Source of the DNA: Acidiferrobacterales bacterium
GTDB lineage: Bacteria > Pseudomonadota > Gammaproteobacteria > Acidiferrobacterales > JAJDNE01
Reading direction: 5' to 3'
Assembly: GCA_036446455.1 (NCBI GenBank)
Contig: JAZFSZ010000115.1
Span: 267-64,266, forward strand
DNA length: 64,000 nt
Positions 52,948 to 62,336 of the stretch are shown here, in pieces. Numbering within the stretch: the stretch's first letter is position 1; every line of letters starts with the position of its first letter. Under the pieces are notes generated by a model. That model did no database searches. It was given only the letters and a program-made list of their open reading frames with translations, and was not told where the DNA came from. The position numbers were made by a program, and so were the translations under genes.

Positions 52948-53294
52948 TCAGTGTTGGTCAATAGATGGAAAAACGATACACCATGGGCAGCCTTATTCCA
53001 AGTTTGGGGCGCTGATGGTGTTGTCGTGATCGCCTGTTCAAGCTCCATTTTTCTGCCTTATAGTGTACGAGCCGCTCGGTCTTTGCCATCTTCAGATAAT
53101 TTGACACTATGGTGATAAAAAATTAATTAAGAAAAACACAGCGGACCACTATGCTGACAAAGTAGATTCAGCCACAGGTCGGCATCACCATCGCCTTGTG
53201 CATGGCGATTGAACCGGAAAACCTGCTTGCGTTTCTTGCACATGCGGACAATGTTAGCCGGTGTGATGTGTGTCCGGGTGGCGGGCCACATTCA

Positions 53295-54416
53295 TCATAA
53301 ATTATTATTATCACCAATCTCTTCTACGATACGAGTCACAATCAGGCATTCAACACCAAATGGCAGGTAACCGGCATAACCCAGTAACGGCATTTCGAAT
53401 AATTGAAAACGCTGCACGAAGGGTATGGCGTATTGCCAGTGTGCCAGGCTGAAGACGTTCCACATCTCCCAGAAAACACCGCACAATAACGCGGCGATCC
53501 CTGCCAGCCATATGCTGCGCCAGTTGCCCGTAGCGAGGGACCTGAAAACCAGAGATTCACCGCGCAAGGTCTGGACACTGGTGATGATGAGCAGAGGCGC
53601 GATCCACAATAGTGGAAATAAATAGTCTGGCGCCCTGCCGATGTTGGCCAGACCAATAGCAGACAGAATCAAAACCATCGATGCAATGCGACAGGGATTA
53701 TTCACGCGTACCGCGTAAAAATTCTCGAGTCCGGCAGACAGACGAGGGAATGTTTGCAGTAGTTCTTTGGTGCTGATCACAGCGGGCAGCACCGTGGAAA
53801 ATGACAGCGTGGCGAAAAAGACATACTCCAGTGAACTGAAATTACTGATGCCAACGTAATACCAGTTTTGCACGAAGCGATTGAGGTATTCGAAGTACCA
53901 CCAGAAAACGGCGCTGACAGCAAATAAAACAGCGAGATAACGAGGACGATCAGTAAGCAGGCAACGACTGCGACGTTTATAAGTAAAAGCGTTGACAGAT
54001 ATAATGTATCCCAGCCAAAGCAGCACAAAGGTATATTGCTGCCATGGCGCAAACCAGTCGTAGCGTGTCCATGCCAGCAGCCAGGCAACGGCAAGCCACA
54101 ACAGCCCCGCCCATCCCCACCACGGCAGGGAAGTTTCCGGTGATGTCAACTCAATATCTGACTTTGATCGCAGGATACGAAACACAAGGGGTGTGAGCAA
54201 CAGCAACACAAACGCTGCAACCGCTATCAGGATCGACCAGGAAAAGGCGGCGTGCTGCACATACCGTGTTAACGGCGGGAATTCCAGATATTGCGTAATG
54301 GAATGACCGGTAGTTAGCATCCCCAGCAAAGGCAAACCGATCAGCAGCGCAATCGCGATAACAATTGTTGTGATCGAAGTTGGCTTGCTTTCAGTCTGTG
54401 AGACGCAAATTGTCAT
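53295..54416 (-). CDS. polytopic integral membrane protein of unknown function (Trp/Tyr-rich, ~9-10 TM)
   Basis: 373-aa ORF, strongly hydrophobic throughout. I recognise no family motif. Coding status is supported by its length and uninterrupted TM periodicity. Confidence 0.6.
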   Translation of the reverse strand: MTICVSQTESKPTSITTIVIAIALLIGLPLLGMLTTGHSITQYLEFPPLTRYVQHAAFSWSILIAVAAFVLLLLTPLVFRILRSKSDIELTSPETSLPWWGWAGLLWLAVAWLLAWTRYDWFAPWQQYTFVLLWLGYIISVNAFTYKRRSRCLLTDRPRYLAVLFAVSAVFWWYFEYLNRFVQNWYYVGISNFSSLEYVFFATLSFSTVLPAVISTKELLQTFPRLSAGLENFYAVRVNNPCRIASMVLILSAIGLANIGRAPDYLFPLLWIAPLLIITSVQTLRGESLVFRSLATGNWRSIWLAGIAALLCGVFWEMWNVFSLAHWQYAIPFVQRFQLFEMPLLGYAGYLPFGVECLIVTRIVEEIGDNNNL

Positions 54417-54428
54417 TGCGCGTTGACG

Positions 54429-55307
54429 TTATCGAATCTCGCTCAGCAGGCCGGAGATCATGTGATCGGCCTGGGATAAATAACCGCCACCGAACAGATT
54501 GAAGTGATTGATAACATGGTAGAGATTGTAGAGCGTCTTTCGCGTTTCGTAACCCGTGTCCATTGGCCAGGCCGCGCTATAGGCGGAATAGAAGTCTCGC
54601 GGGAACCCACCGAACAGCTCAGTCATGGCGATGTCAGCCTCACGGTCACCGTAATACACCGCTGGGTCAAAGATCACCGGGTTGCCATCACCATCAGTGG
54701 AGTAATTACCCCCCCAAAGGTCGCCGTGAAGCAGCGAGGGCGCTGGTTGGTAATTGGCAAAAAAGGCGTCGAGACCATCAATCAAGCGCTCGCCCTGATC
54801 CAGAAGTCGGCTGCCACCGTGGCGTGCAGCCAGGTCTATCTGAAATCGCAAACGATGTTCGCAATAAAATTCAACCCAGTTGTCAGATGGTGTGTTGGGC
54901 TGGGGGGTGGAGCCAATGGTATTGTCGCGGAACCAGCCGAACTTGTCCCATTGTTTGCGATGCAGTGCCGCCAGTTGTTCGCCCAGCTTCGGGCCGCTTC
55001 CCGTGCCGCCGAGGGCGATGTATTCCATAACGATATAGGCCTGGTCCCCGCTGCGGCCCCAGCAGATGGGTGCCGGGACTTTAATGGCATTGGCCGACAG
55101 CATTTCATTCAAACCAGCAGCTTCGGCTTCAAACATATCAACCCGGGAAGCGCTGTTGAGTTTGATAAAGAACTCGCGGCCATCTTTGCCCTTCAAAACG
55201 TGCGCGGCATTGATGGAACCGCCGCCCACCCCCTGGTTGTGTGTATCGACAAAGCGTTGGCAGGTGGCCTCAGAGATGTGTTGATTTATTTGTGACCAGT
55301 CAGGCAT
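54429..55307 (-). CDS. fructosamine/ketosamine-3-kinase family protein (YniA-like)
   Basis: 292-aa ORF with FIKLN, LLHGDLWGGNY and IFDPAVYYGDREADIAMTELFGGF motifs of the fructosamine kinase family. Confidence 0.85.
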   Translation of the reverse strand: MPDWSQINQHISEATCQRFVDTHNQGVGGGSINAAHVLKGKDGREFFIKLNSASRVDMFEAEAAGLNEMLSANAIKVPAPICWGRSGDQAYIVMEYIALGGTGSGPKLGEQLAALHRKQWDKFGWFRDNTIGSTPQPNTPSDNWVEFYCEHRLRFQIDLAARHGGSRLLDQGERLIDGLDAFFANYQPAPSLLHGDLWGGNYSTDGDGNPVIFDPAVYYGDREADIAMTELFGGFPRDFYSAYSAAWPMDTGYETRKTLYNLYHVINHFNLFGGGYLSQADHMISGLLSEIR

Positions 55308-55648
55308 AGTGTATGAATTTAATCACGGCTGCTTTGTATCTGTCTAACCGTCAGAGATGATTCAGGGATTTTGTTACTAATTGGCAGAGGTATCACTGAA
55401 TTTAACTCCAGCCTGAACTGATTGCATCTATAATGTGACGCAGTTGAACATTAGTCTGTGACTGGAATCGGACACTGGGTCAACACAAACACGACCGGTA
55501 AAGCGATCCTCAATGGACGTTTATGTTCTTTGATTGCAGTTGAGTATATTTATATGGATTAGACTGGAATACTGCGCCATGGTTGCGAAGAATAGCACTA
55601 AAATCCCTTTTGTTTTATAAGTGACATCCATATCGGACTACGGTTATA

Positions 55649-56281
55649 TTGGCTGGGTTATTCGGAATGTACGAAGGAGAACGATTTAACAGCATTACCC
55701 ACCTGATTGGCGCGGTAGCGGCGTTTGCCGGTATGGTGGTGTTGGTAGTGCTGGCCTCGCGTCAGGGGGACCCGTGGAAGATCGTAAGCTTCAGTGTATA
55801 CGGGGCAAGCTTGGTAGCGCTTTATACTTTTTCAGTTCTGTATCATAGTTTGCGCGGCAAGGCGAAGACGATTTTTCGTAAGCTGGATCATCATGCCATC
55901 TATCTTCTGATTGCCGGAACCTATACTCCCCTCACCCTGGTTACGCTCCGTGGCGCCTGGGGCTGGTCTATTTTTGGGATAGTCTGGGGTTTGGCGATTT
56001 TAGGAATCGCGATTGACTCGCTTCCGCAGAAGGGGCGACGCATTGTGCCTGTAGTAATCTATTTGGTCATGGGCTGGCTGGCGGTGATGGCGACGGGGCC
56101 CTTGCTGCAGGCCTTGCCTCTCGCGGGATTCATTGGGCTGGTATCGGGAGGACTGTTTTATACGGTTGGAGTAATATTTTATGCATTGGATGGGGTACGC
56201 CATTTTCACGGTATTTGGCATCTGTTTGTACTGGCGGGCAGTGTCAGTCATTACTTCACCATTCTCCTGTTTGTTAACTAG
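55649..56281 (+). CDS. hemolysin III / PAQR family membrane protein (YqfA-like)
   Basis: Seven-TM ORF with NSITHLIG, YHSLRGKAKTIFRKLDHHAIYLLIAGTYTP and HGIWHLFVLAGSVSHY motifs. The track start is TTG 55649. ATG 55667 is an equally plausible start. Confidence 0.85.
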   Translation: MAGLFGMYEGERFNSITHLIGAVAAFAGMVVLVVLASRQGDPWKIVSFSVYGASLVALYTFSVLYHSLRGKAKTIFRKLDHHAIYLLIAGTYTPLTLVTLRGAWGWSIFGIVWGLAILGIAIDSLPQKGRRIVPVVIYLVMGWLAVMATGPLLQALPLAGFIGLVSGGLFYTVGVIFYALDGVRHFHGIWHLFVLAGSVSHYFTILLFVN

Positions 56282-56421
56282 GACAGAAATAAGGGACAGT
56301 ATCCATTAATTCCTTAGTCTGGACTTTTGCAAAATTTGTAAAGGATACTATCCCACTCTCCCAAAAATCCTGAAGTTGCAATTGATCGCGGTATAGCGCT
56401 GCCGCAGGCGCGGACAAACGG

Positions 56422-57039
56422 TTAGAGGCCTGTCTGTTCGGCCCGCGCAGTCTTGTGAACAGCAGTGGCAAATAGCAGCCCGGTGAGCGCCCCGGCTACA
56501 TGGGCCAGAGGAACAGGTGTAACGCCGCGTCCCAGGTCATGCAGAAAAAGACTTGCGCCCGTTATCCATTCAGCAATCAGTTTGGCAAGTAATAACACCA
56601 GTAGTACAACAAATAGCCAGCGCCTTCTGGATTGAATAATAAAAAAAGCCGATAAGCACAGGTAAGCCACGGTCGTGTTCACTATTCCGGACAGCCCCCC
56701 ATAAAACATCAAGCCGGGTGCCAGCCAGTAAACCGACAATCCCGTGGTAACGGCGCTGGTCAGGCACAGGAACAGCATGCGCCCGTGGAGTCGGGTCTCG
56801 ATAAAATAGCCGGCAATGGCCAGAGCCAGGGTGTTGTAAACGAGGTGCGCAAGGGAGAAGTGTACCCAGTGTCCGCTTACCAGCCGCCACCATTGGCCGG
56901 ACTCCAGGTGCGTGCGCTCATACACCAGCCACTGCGGCAGACCTGGCATCACATAGACTGCTACCGCTGCACCAATAATCAGCAGCGTGTATACCGGGCG
57001 TCCCGAGACTAGTCGCGACGCCGACTGGGTAAAGACCAT
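56422..57039 (-). CDS. rrtA: rhombosortase (rhomboid-family intramembrane serine protease, GlyGly-CTERM processing type)
   Basis: 205-aa, 6-TM ORF. SGQWWRLVSGHWVHFSLAHLVYN resembles the rhombosortase GEWWRL.TGH motif. It has the catalytic GxSG (YGGLSGIV) and a C-terminal His in PLAHVAGALTG. It overlaps the preceding GlyGly-CTERM gene by 31 nt. Confidence 0.8.
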   Translation of the reverse strand: MVFTQSASRLVSGRPVYTLLIIGAAVAVYVMPGLPQWLVYERTHLESGQWWRLVSGHWVHFSLAHLVYNTLALAIAGYFIETRLHGRMLFLCLTSAVTTGLSVYWLAPGLMFYGGLSGIVNTTVAYLCLSAFFIIQSRRRWLFVVLLVLLLAKLIAEWITGASLFLHDLGRGVTPVPLAHVAGALTGLLFATAVHKTARAEQTGL

Positions 57040-57884
57040 GCAAGCAAGCCTGCCATCAGGGCCATCAGCAACAGTACATATGGATCAATTGAGCCACCGC
57101 CAGCGCCACCGCTGTATCCTTCTCGATAGCGTACCGTATATTCCTTTGGCCGTTGTTTGACCTTCTTGCGGAAGAGCTGCAGCTGTTGATCAAGGCTGAT
57201 GATCATTTTATCTGCGGACAGAGTCAGTCCGCGCTCGCGATCCTGGCGCAGGCGTTGCTGAATACCAACGGCGGTGCTCAGGCCTTTGACCTGGCTGATT
57301 CCCGGGGCCCGGAACAGGAACTTACGGCTTTTTATATCGTAGACGGCTACATCTATCATGGTGTGGGTATCGTTCTTATTGCCGGGGACAACATAGGCAC
57401 CAACAATGGTCCAATAGGTAATGGACAGGAAATTGTCGTCGGTGAACTGTGTCTGGTCGACAGAAACCAGGGCGATGACGTCCAGTCCATACATGGTGCG
57501 CAACTGCTCCAGGTTGGCAAAACCGCCCATGGGTTTCAGGTAGGGAGAGGGAATTACTTCAATCGATTTTACAAATTTATATTTTCTGAAGTGGTCCGCG
57601 ACCTTATCCATGATTTCGGTTTTTTTGGATTCGGTTATTTTGCCGGTGCGCCAGCTGTAGGAGTGACCTGCTGGCACAAAGGCAATACCAACTCTCAGCG
57701 GTAGCGACAATACGGGGATACCGGGCTCAACGACGTATCCGCTTTCCTTCGGGTACAGGTATTCCATTACACTGCTGGCATAGTGAGTGCTGCGCGGCGT
57801 AAAGCAAGAGGACAATAACAAGGTAAGAATTATGGCCAGTAAGAAAGCAATCCTGTGGCCAAGCACACCACTTTTATTTTGCAT
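57009..57884 (-). CDS. lipoprotein with C-terminal GlyGly-CTERM sorting signal (rhombosortase target)
   Basis: GGGAGGGA RBS before ATG 57884. The N-terminal lipobox is in IAFLLAIILTLLLSSC. The C-terminus YSGGAGGGSIDPYVLLLMALMAGLLAWSLPSRRRD is a Gly-Gly motif plus a TM helix plus a basic cluster. Confidence 0.8.
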   Translation of the reverse strand: MQNKSGVLGHRIAFLLAIILTLLLSSCFTPRSTHYASSVMEYLYPKESGYVVEPGIPVLSLPLRVGIAFVPAGHSYSWRTGKITESKKTEIMDKVADHFRKYKFVKSIEVIPSPYLKPMGGFANLEQLRTMYGLDVIALVSVDQTQFTDDNFLSITYWTIVGAYVVPGNKNDTHTMIDVAVYDIKSRKFLFRAPGISQVKGLSTAVGIQQRLRQDRERGLTLSADKMIISLDQQLQLFRKKVKQRPKEYTVRYREGYSGGAGGGSIDPYVLLLMALMAGLLAWSLPSRRRD

Positions 57885-57972
57885 CGACCGTCCCTCCCTG
57901 ATTTGTGGGTCTTGGAATACTCTATTCCTATGCCAGGTGTGACGCAATCTGCCGCCGTCTGACCAGCACGGA

Positions 57973-59391
57973 TTAGTGGTTTTCTGCCGGGCTCATAATT
58001 TCTGACCAGTTGGACTCATTCATCAGACTTGCATCACTTGCCAGTTTTCTTGCTTCCTGCTCATGACCACCATGCCTAAGGATCTCGGCTTTTAATAGCG
58101 TAGAGTTTTTGCTGACCGGGTTTAATTCAAGGGCTTTGTTAACGTTACGCATCGCCAGCATATTTTTATTTGTTAGATAATATGCCAGGGCAAGGTTGTG
58201 ATAGGCTTTTTGATAGGCAGGATCGCTGTTAATTGAAGCTTGAAAATGTTTGATCGCTTTTAAATATTGCTTTTCCTGCGCATACAGTACACCGACATCA
58301 TCGTTGGCTTCTGCATTGCCTGCATCGAGCTCTATTGCCCTGATTAGGTCTTTTTTGGCGTGCTTGAGCTTCCCCATCCAGATGTAGCGCACACCGCGCT
58401 TGGTATAGGCTTTGGAGCTGTCGGGATTACGGCGAATGTATTCGCTGAGATCCTGAATAGCCAATATGAATTGCCGGTTCCGTCCATAGGCGAGGCCGCG
58501 CCCAAACCAGGCCTCATCAAATTCGCGGTTGAGTTTAATAACAGTTGAATAATCGGCAATAGATTTTTCGAATTCGTATAGCCCCAAGTAAGCATGCGCC
58601 CGTTTTATGTAGGCAATTATATTATTTGGTTGGGTGGCCAATAGATCTGAATAATACGTTATCGCCTCATGGTAATCATCGGGAGCGCTCGGTCCATTCT
58701 TTGTGGAGAAAACAGGATATGACGTTTTCTGTTTGATTTCAGCCAAAGGGTCAAGATACATTCCCGCTGACAACGGCAAATCAGAGAAGCAAGCGAGATA
58801 CGTCCCTGTGTAGTCAAAAGGCTTTTCCGGCATTTCGTACTCTTCCAGAGAAAGTGATACATCGCCACCCCATAGCGTTCCTTCGCATTTCTCAAAGATA
58901 CGTTCACCGGAGGCATCGAACTGGCGGTAGGCATGCAGGCCATTATCATACGCGTGGAAGTTAATCAAAGTCTGGAACGGGGCATTACGGTCGTAAGGCA
59001 AGTATGCCGCCACGTAATCACGAATCAATTTATTGTTCGAGTCGTAGATAAAAATCTCGATCGTATGCAGGAGATTGTTTTTCTTGTTGTGCCAGCGTAT
59101 TCGACTGAGTAAATTATTGCTGTTTTTGTCTATATAGTTTTCTTCCAGAAAACGGTAATTTTTGCTGTATTCACCACCATAAGAACCATAACCCTTTGCG
59201 GTTTTAGTATCGACTTTTGCAACAATTGTATTGTGGACGGTCAGCAGGGATTCGGCGAATTTATTCCATGCGTCCACCTCCGCCTGGTTGACTCGCACAG
59301 AGGTTTCAATCGAGTTTGCCTGCAGGGTGCCAAGCAGGCCAAACGCCAGAGAAAGTAGTAATGGCAGCAGAATAAAGTTTACTGACCGCAT
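57973..59391 (-). CDS. secreted TPR-repeat protein with unassigned N-terminal domain
   Basis: Signal peptide MRSVNFILLPLLLSLAFGLLGTLQA (start ATG 59391). The C-terminal ~230 aa contain consecutive TPR units (YIKRAHAYLGLYEFEKSIADYSTVIKLNREFDEAWFGRGLAY...). Confidence 0.7.
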   Translation of the reverse strand: MRSVNFILLPLLLSLAFGLLGTLQANSIETSVRVNQAEVDAWNKFAESLLTVHNTIVAKVDTKTAKGYGSYGGEYSKNYRFLEENYIDKNSNNLLSRIRWHNKKNNLLHTIEIFIYDSNNKLIRDYVAAYLPYDRNAPFQTLINFHAYDNGLHAYRQFDASGERIFEKCEGTLWGGDVSLSLEEYEMPEKPFDYTGTYLACFSDLPLSAGMYLDPLAEIKQKTSYPVFSTKNGPSAPDDYHEAITYYSDLLATQPNNIIAYIKRAHAYLGLYEFEKSIADYSTVIKLNREFDEAWFGRGLAYGRNRQFILAIQDLSEYIRRNPDSSKAYTKRGVRYIWMGKLKHAKKDLIRAIELDAGNAEANDDVGVLYAQEKQYLKAIKHFQASINSDPAYQKAYHNLALAYYLTNKNMLAMRNVNKALELNPVSKNSTLLKAEILRHGGHEQEARKLASDASLMNESNWSEIMSPAENH

Positions 59392-59499
59392 CGGCTGTAA
59401 TCTTCTGTTGATGGTACTGCTGGGGTAGACGGTTGGCAGCAAAATAATATTCCATGGGACCCAATACAACGGACGAGCATAATCCAATCTACTTGCTCC

Positions 59500-60111
59500 T
59501 CAATCCTGTTTTAGCGGTGTACCCCAGGTTGCTTCAAAAAATTTCTCGTCCAATGGATAGCGTTCACGCGGGGCAAGTTCGCGAGCCTTACGATCTTGAT
59601 CAAGCTGTTCGGCACTGGCAACGGGGTGGCCGACGGTTATCATGGCCATGGGGGTATAGCGTTGCGGGATGTTGAATGCCGCACGCAATTTTTCACTGTC
59701 AAAGCCCCCCATCTGGTGGGCCATGAGACCCATGGCGGATGCTTGAATACACAGGCAGGTGCTGGCTGCACCGGTGTCGTGCTGCCCCCAGCGGTTGGGC
59801 TTGCCGGGTTTTTTGGTAAATTCGCTGTCCGCACACGCCGCCAGCAGCAGGGGTGCATCAATAACCCAGCTCTGGTTGCCCTCACCGAGACAGGCGAAGG
59901 CCTTTTGCCAGCTTCCGGGGTCACTGCTCTTGTCCCAGACAAGGTAGCACCAGGGCTGGTCATTGAAGCAGGAAGGTGCCCAGCGGGCGGCTTCCATTAG
60001 CGTGACGATTTGCTCACGCGTTAACGGAGTTGTCTCAAATGCGCGGCCGCTCCAGCGTCGCGCCAATACTTCATGGATGGGGTGTTGCGTGTCGGCGAGC
60101 TTTTCAATCAT
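59500..60111 (-). CDS. nitroreductase-family oxidoreductase
   Basis: VLARRWSGRAFETTPLTREQIVTLMEAARWAPSCFNDQPW is the typical nitroreductase N-terminal FMN-binding signature. The start is the internal ATG 60111, 16 nt after the yqjG stop. Confidence 0.8.
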   Translation of the reverse strand: MIEKLADTQHPIHEVLARRWSGRAFETTPLTREQIVTLMEAARWAPSCFNDQPWCYLVWDKSSDPGSWQKAFACLGEGNQSWVIDAPLLLAACADSEFTKKPGKPNRWGQHDTGAASTCLCIQASAMGLMAHQMGGFDSEKLRAAFNIPQRYTPMAMITVGHPVASAEQLDQDRKARELAPRERYPLDEKFFEATWGTPLKQD

Positions 60112-60127
60112 TATTGATTGTCTTGCA

Positions 60128-61096
60128 TTAAGCCGCAACCAGTCGGGCGCGGTTATGAGGTTCATTAAAATCAATAACCGGTCCCCGGGGTACAATGCGT
60201 GTAGGGTTAATGGATTCGTGGCTTTGGAAATAATGGTTTTTGATGTGGTCCATGTTAACTGTCTCGGACACGCCAGGTATCTGGTAGAGTTCTTTCAGGT
60301 AATTCCAGAGGTTGGGATAATCGACAATGCGCTGCAGGTTGCACTTGAAGTGGCCGACATAAACGGAATCAAAACGCATCAAGGTGGTAAATAAGCACCA
60401 GTCGGCTTCGGTAATAATGTCGCCACAGAGGTAACGTTGATCGCCCAGCACTTGATCCCAATGGTCAAGGGCGCCAAACAATTCAGCCACTGCGTCGTCG
60501 TATGCCTCCTGACTGGCAGCGAAACCTGATCGATATACACCATTGTTTATCGGTTCGTAAATCGCATCGATAGTGTCATCTACTATCTCCTTCAGTTGTG
60601 CCGGATAGAACGACACAGCAGCATCGCCAATGGCATCGAATTCAGTATCGAGCATACGAATTATTTCGCGTGATTCGTTGTTAACGATGGTCTTTTTCTT
60701 CTTGTCCCACAGTACGGGCACCGTCACACGGCCGGTGTAGTCCGCCTTGGCCAGCAGATATACTTCGCGCAGAAATTTTTTGTGGTTAACGTCGTCCGGA
60801 ATGCAGCCGGCATTGTCCGTAAATTCCCATCCGTCATCACCCATAAAGTGATCCACCACCGACAGGGAGATGGCATCTTCAAGTTTTTTTAGTTTTCGCA
60901 GGATCAGCGTGCGGTGCGCCCAGGGACAGGCCAGCGATATATATAAATGATAGCGCCCCGCTTCGGCCTTAAATCCGGAAGAGCCGTCGGCTGTTATCCG
61001 GTTATGAAATTGTGTTTTCGGCCGCTGGAAGCGACCCTTTTCATCGGGCTGGTACCACTCGGTGGTCCACTTGCCGTTTATGAACTGACCCATCAC
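60128..61096 (-). CDS. yqjG: glutathionyl-hydroquinone reductase (Xi-class GST, YqjG/ECM4-like)
   Basis: 322-aa ORF with GRFQRPKTQFHNRIT, GRYHLYISLACPWAHRTLILRKLK (the CPWA active site) and TVPVLWDKK. Confidence 0.88.
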   Translation of the reverse strand: MMGQFINGKWTTEWYQPDEKGRFQRPKTQFHNRITADGSSGFKAEAGRYHLYISLACPWAHRTLILRKLKKLEDAISLSVVDHFMGDDGWEFTDNAGCIPDDVNHKKFLREVYLLAKADYTGRVTVPVLWDKKKKTIVNNESREIIRMLDTEFDAIGDAAVSFYPAQLKEIVDDTIDAIYEPINNGVYRSGFAASQEAYDDAVAELFGALDHWDQVLGDQRYLCGDIITEADWCLFTTLMRFDSVYVGHFKCNLQRIVDYPNLWNYLKELYQIPGVSETVNMDHIKNHYFQSHESINPTRIVPRGPVIDFNEPHNRARLVAA

Positions 61097-61163
61097 CTAT
61101 CCCCTTAATGTAAAAAGTGGGGAAGGCGTGATGCCTTCCCCGATTCCCCTCTTCAGCTATTTC

Positions 61164-61565
61164 CTAATCTGCCTTGAGGCTCTTCGGACCGGAACCAAAA
61201 GCCATGATCAACAGCATGGCGCCCATCATGGAAACGTTTTTCAGGAACATTGCCATCTGAGTTTGCATTTGATCTTGAGGTACTGCCCAGAATGCATGAA
61301 ACATCAGCGACACCGGGATCATCCACAGGAACAGCGCAGTGGCACCCCAGCGGGCCTTCCAGCCGACGATGATCATGGCGGCGCCCCCGACTTCAACAAT
61401 AATGGTAACTACCAGTGCAATATCGCTTAAAGGCACACCCATCTTAGCCATGTAGCCTGAAGTACCTGCAAAACTTCCTATCTTCATAAGTCCTGACATT
61501 AAAAAAATAGTCGCCAGCAATACGCGTCCGACGATTGGACCCCATTCTTTAATTGCATCATTCAT
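61164..61565 (-). CDS. yqjF: DoxX-family inner-membrane protein (YqjF-like)
   Basis: 133-aa, 4-TM ORF (GRVLLATIFLMSGLMKI...AGTSGYMA...). It lies directly upstream of yqjG, as in E. coli. Confidence 0.75.
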   Translation of the reverse strand: MNDAIKEWGPIVGRVLLATIFLMSGLMKIGSFAGTSGYMAKMGVPLSDIALVVTIIVEVGGAAMIIVGWKARWGATALFLWMIPVSLMFHAFWAVPQDQMQTQMAMFLKNVSMMGAMLLIMAFGSGPKSLKAD

Positions 61566-61613
61566 CGTTAGCTCCTTTTTTGTCTATCAATCTATTGAGG
61601 GAATTGCCCGTTA

Positions 61614-62315
61614 TTACCCGGGCAGGTCAAAAAGCAGAACTTCGCTATTATCGATACCGTGCAAATGCACCACGTTTTCGGCCTTGATACGCGCACCGTC
61701 ACCTTCAGATAGCAGTGTGCTATTTAATTGAACATTGCCGCGGGCTACATGAACGTAGGTCTTGCGACCATTGGCGAGCTTGTGTGTGACTGACTGGTTG
61801 CCATCCAGAATCGTGGAGTAAATACTGGCGTCCTGGTTGATGGTGATGGAGTTCTCGCGGCCGTCGCCAGAGGCCACCAGGCAAAGCTGACCATTTTGCT
61901 TTTCCCGATCGATTCGTTTTTGCTCGTAGCTTGGCTCCAAGCCGGTGCGATCGGGTAAGATCCAGATCTGCAGCAAACGAACCGGCTGCGATTCGGAGGC
62001 ATTGAACTCGCTGTGGGTGAGCCCCTTGCCCGCCGTCATGCGCTGTATCTCGCCAGCATGGATCACCGAGCCATTGCCCATGCTGTCCTTGTGTTCGAGG
62101 CTGCCTTCCAGAACGTAGCTGAGGATTTCCATATTGCGGTGCGGATGGGTGGGGAAGCCCGCTCCCGGATCGACGGTGTCATCATTGATCACACGTAAGG
62201 CCGAAAAACCCATGTTTTCGGGATCGTAATACTCGGCAAACGAAAAGCTGTGAAAGCTGTCGAGCAAACCGTAGTTGGCATGACCGCGTTCACTGGCTTT
62301 GCGAATGGTTATCAC
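61614..62315 (-). CDS. pirin-family protein (quercetin 2,3-dioxygenase-like cupin)
   Basis: 233-aa ORF with FPTHPHRNMEILSYVLEGSLEHKDSMGN and GEIQRMTAGKGLTHSEFN, the bicupin pirin signatures. Confidence 0.88.
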   Translation of the reverse strand: MITIRKASERGHANYGLLDSFHSFSFAEYYDPENMGFSALRVINDDTVDPGAGFPTHPHRNMEILSYVLEGSLEHKDSMGNGSVIHAGEIQRMTAGKGLTHSEFNASESQPVRLLQIWILPDRTGLEPSYEQKRIDREKQNGQLCLVASGDGRENSITINQDASIYSTILDGNQSVTHKLANGRKTYVHVARGNVQLNSTLLSEGDGARIKAENVVHLHGIDNSEVLLFDLPG

Positions 62316-62336
62316 CTGTCACCTCGCTGCTCGCGG

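Noticed and set aside
53127-53291. 54-codon minus-strand ORF (MWPATRTHITPANIVRMCKKRKQVFRFNRHAQGDGDADLWLNLLCQHSGPLCFS) starting 3 nt after the stop of the 373-aa membrane protein.
   Set aside because: It has no Shine-Dalgarno sequence, no motif I recognise and an unremarkable composition. It cannot be distinguished from a chance ORF without conservation or expression data.
54504-55295. Long antisense ORFs inside well-supported genes. This one is 263 aa opposite the fructosamine kinase. Similar cases are 10813-11472, 12077-12676, 25685-26350, 32462-33124, 34648-35205, 57153-57704 and 63097-63648.
   Set aside because: Each is fully embedded opposite a gene with strong family motifs. Their translations are low-complexity (Arg/Gly/Ala/His-rich) with no domain signature. 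They are typical frame -1/-3 shadows of coding sequence.
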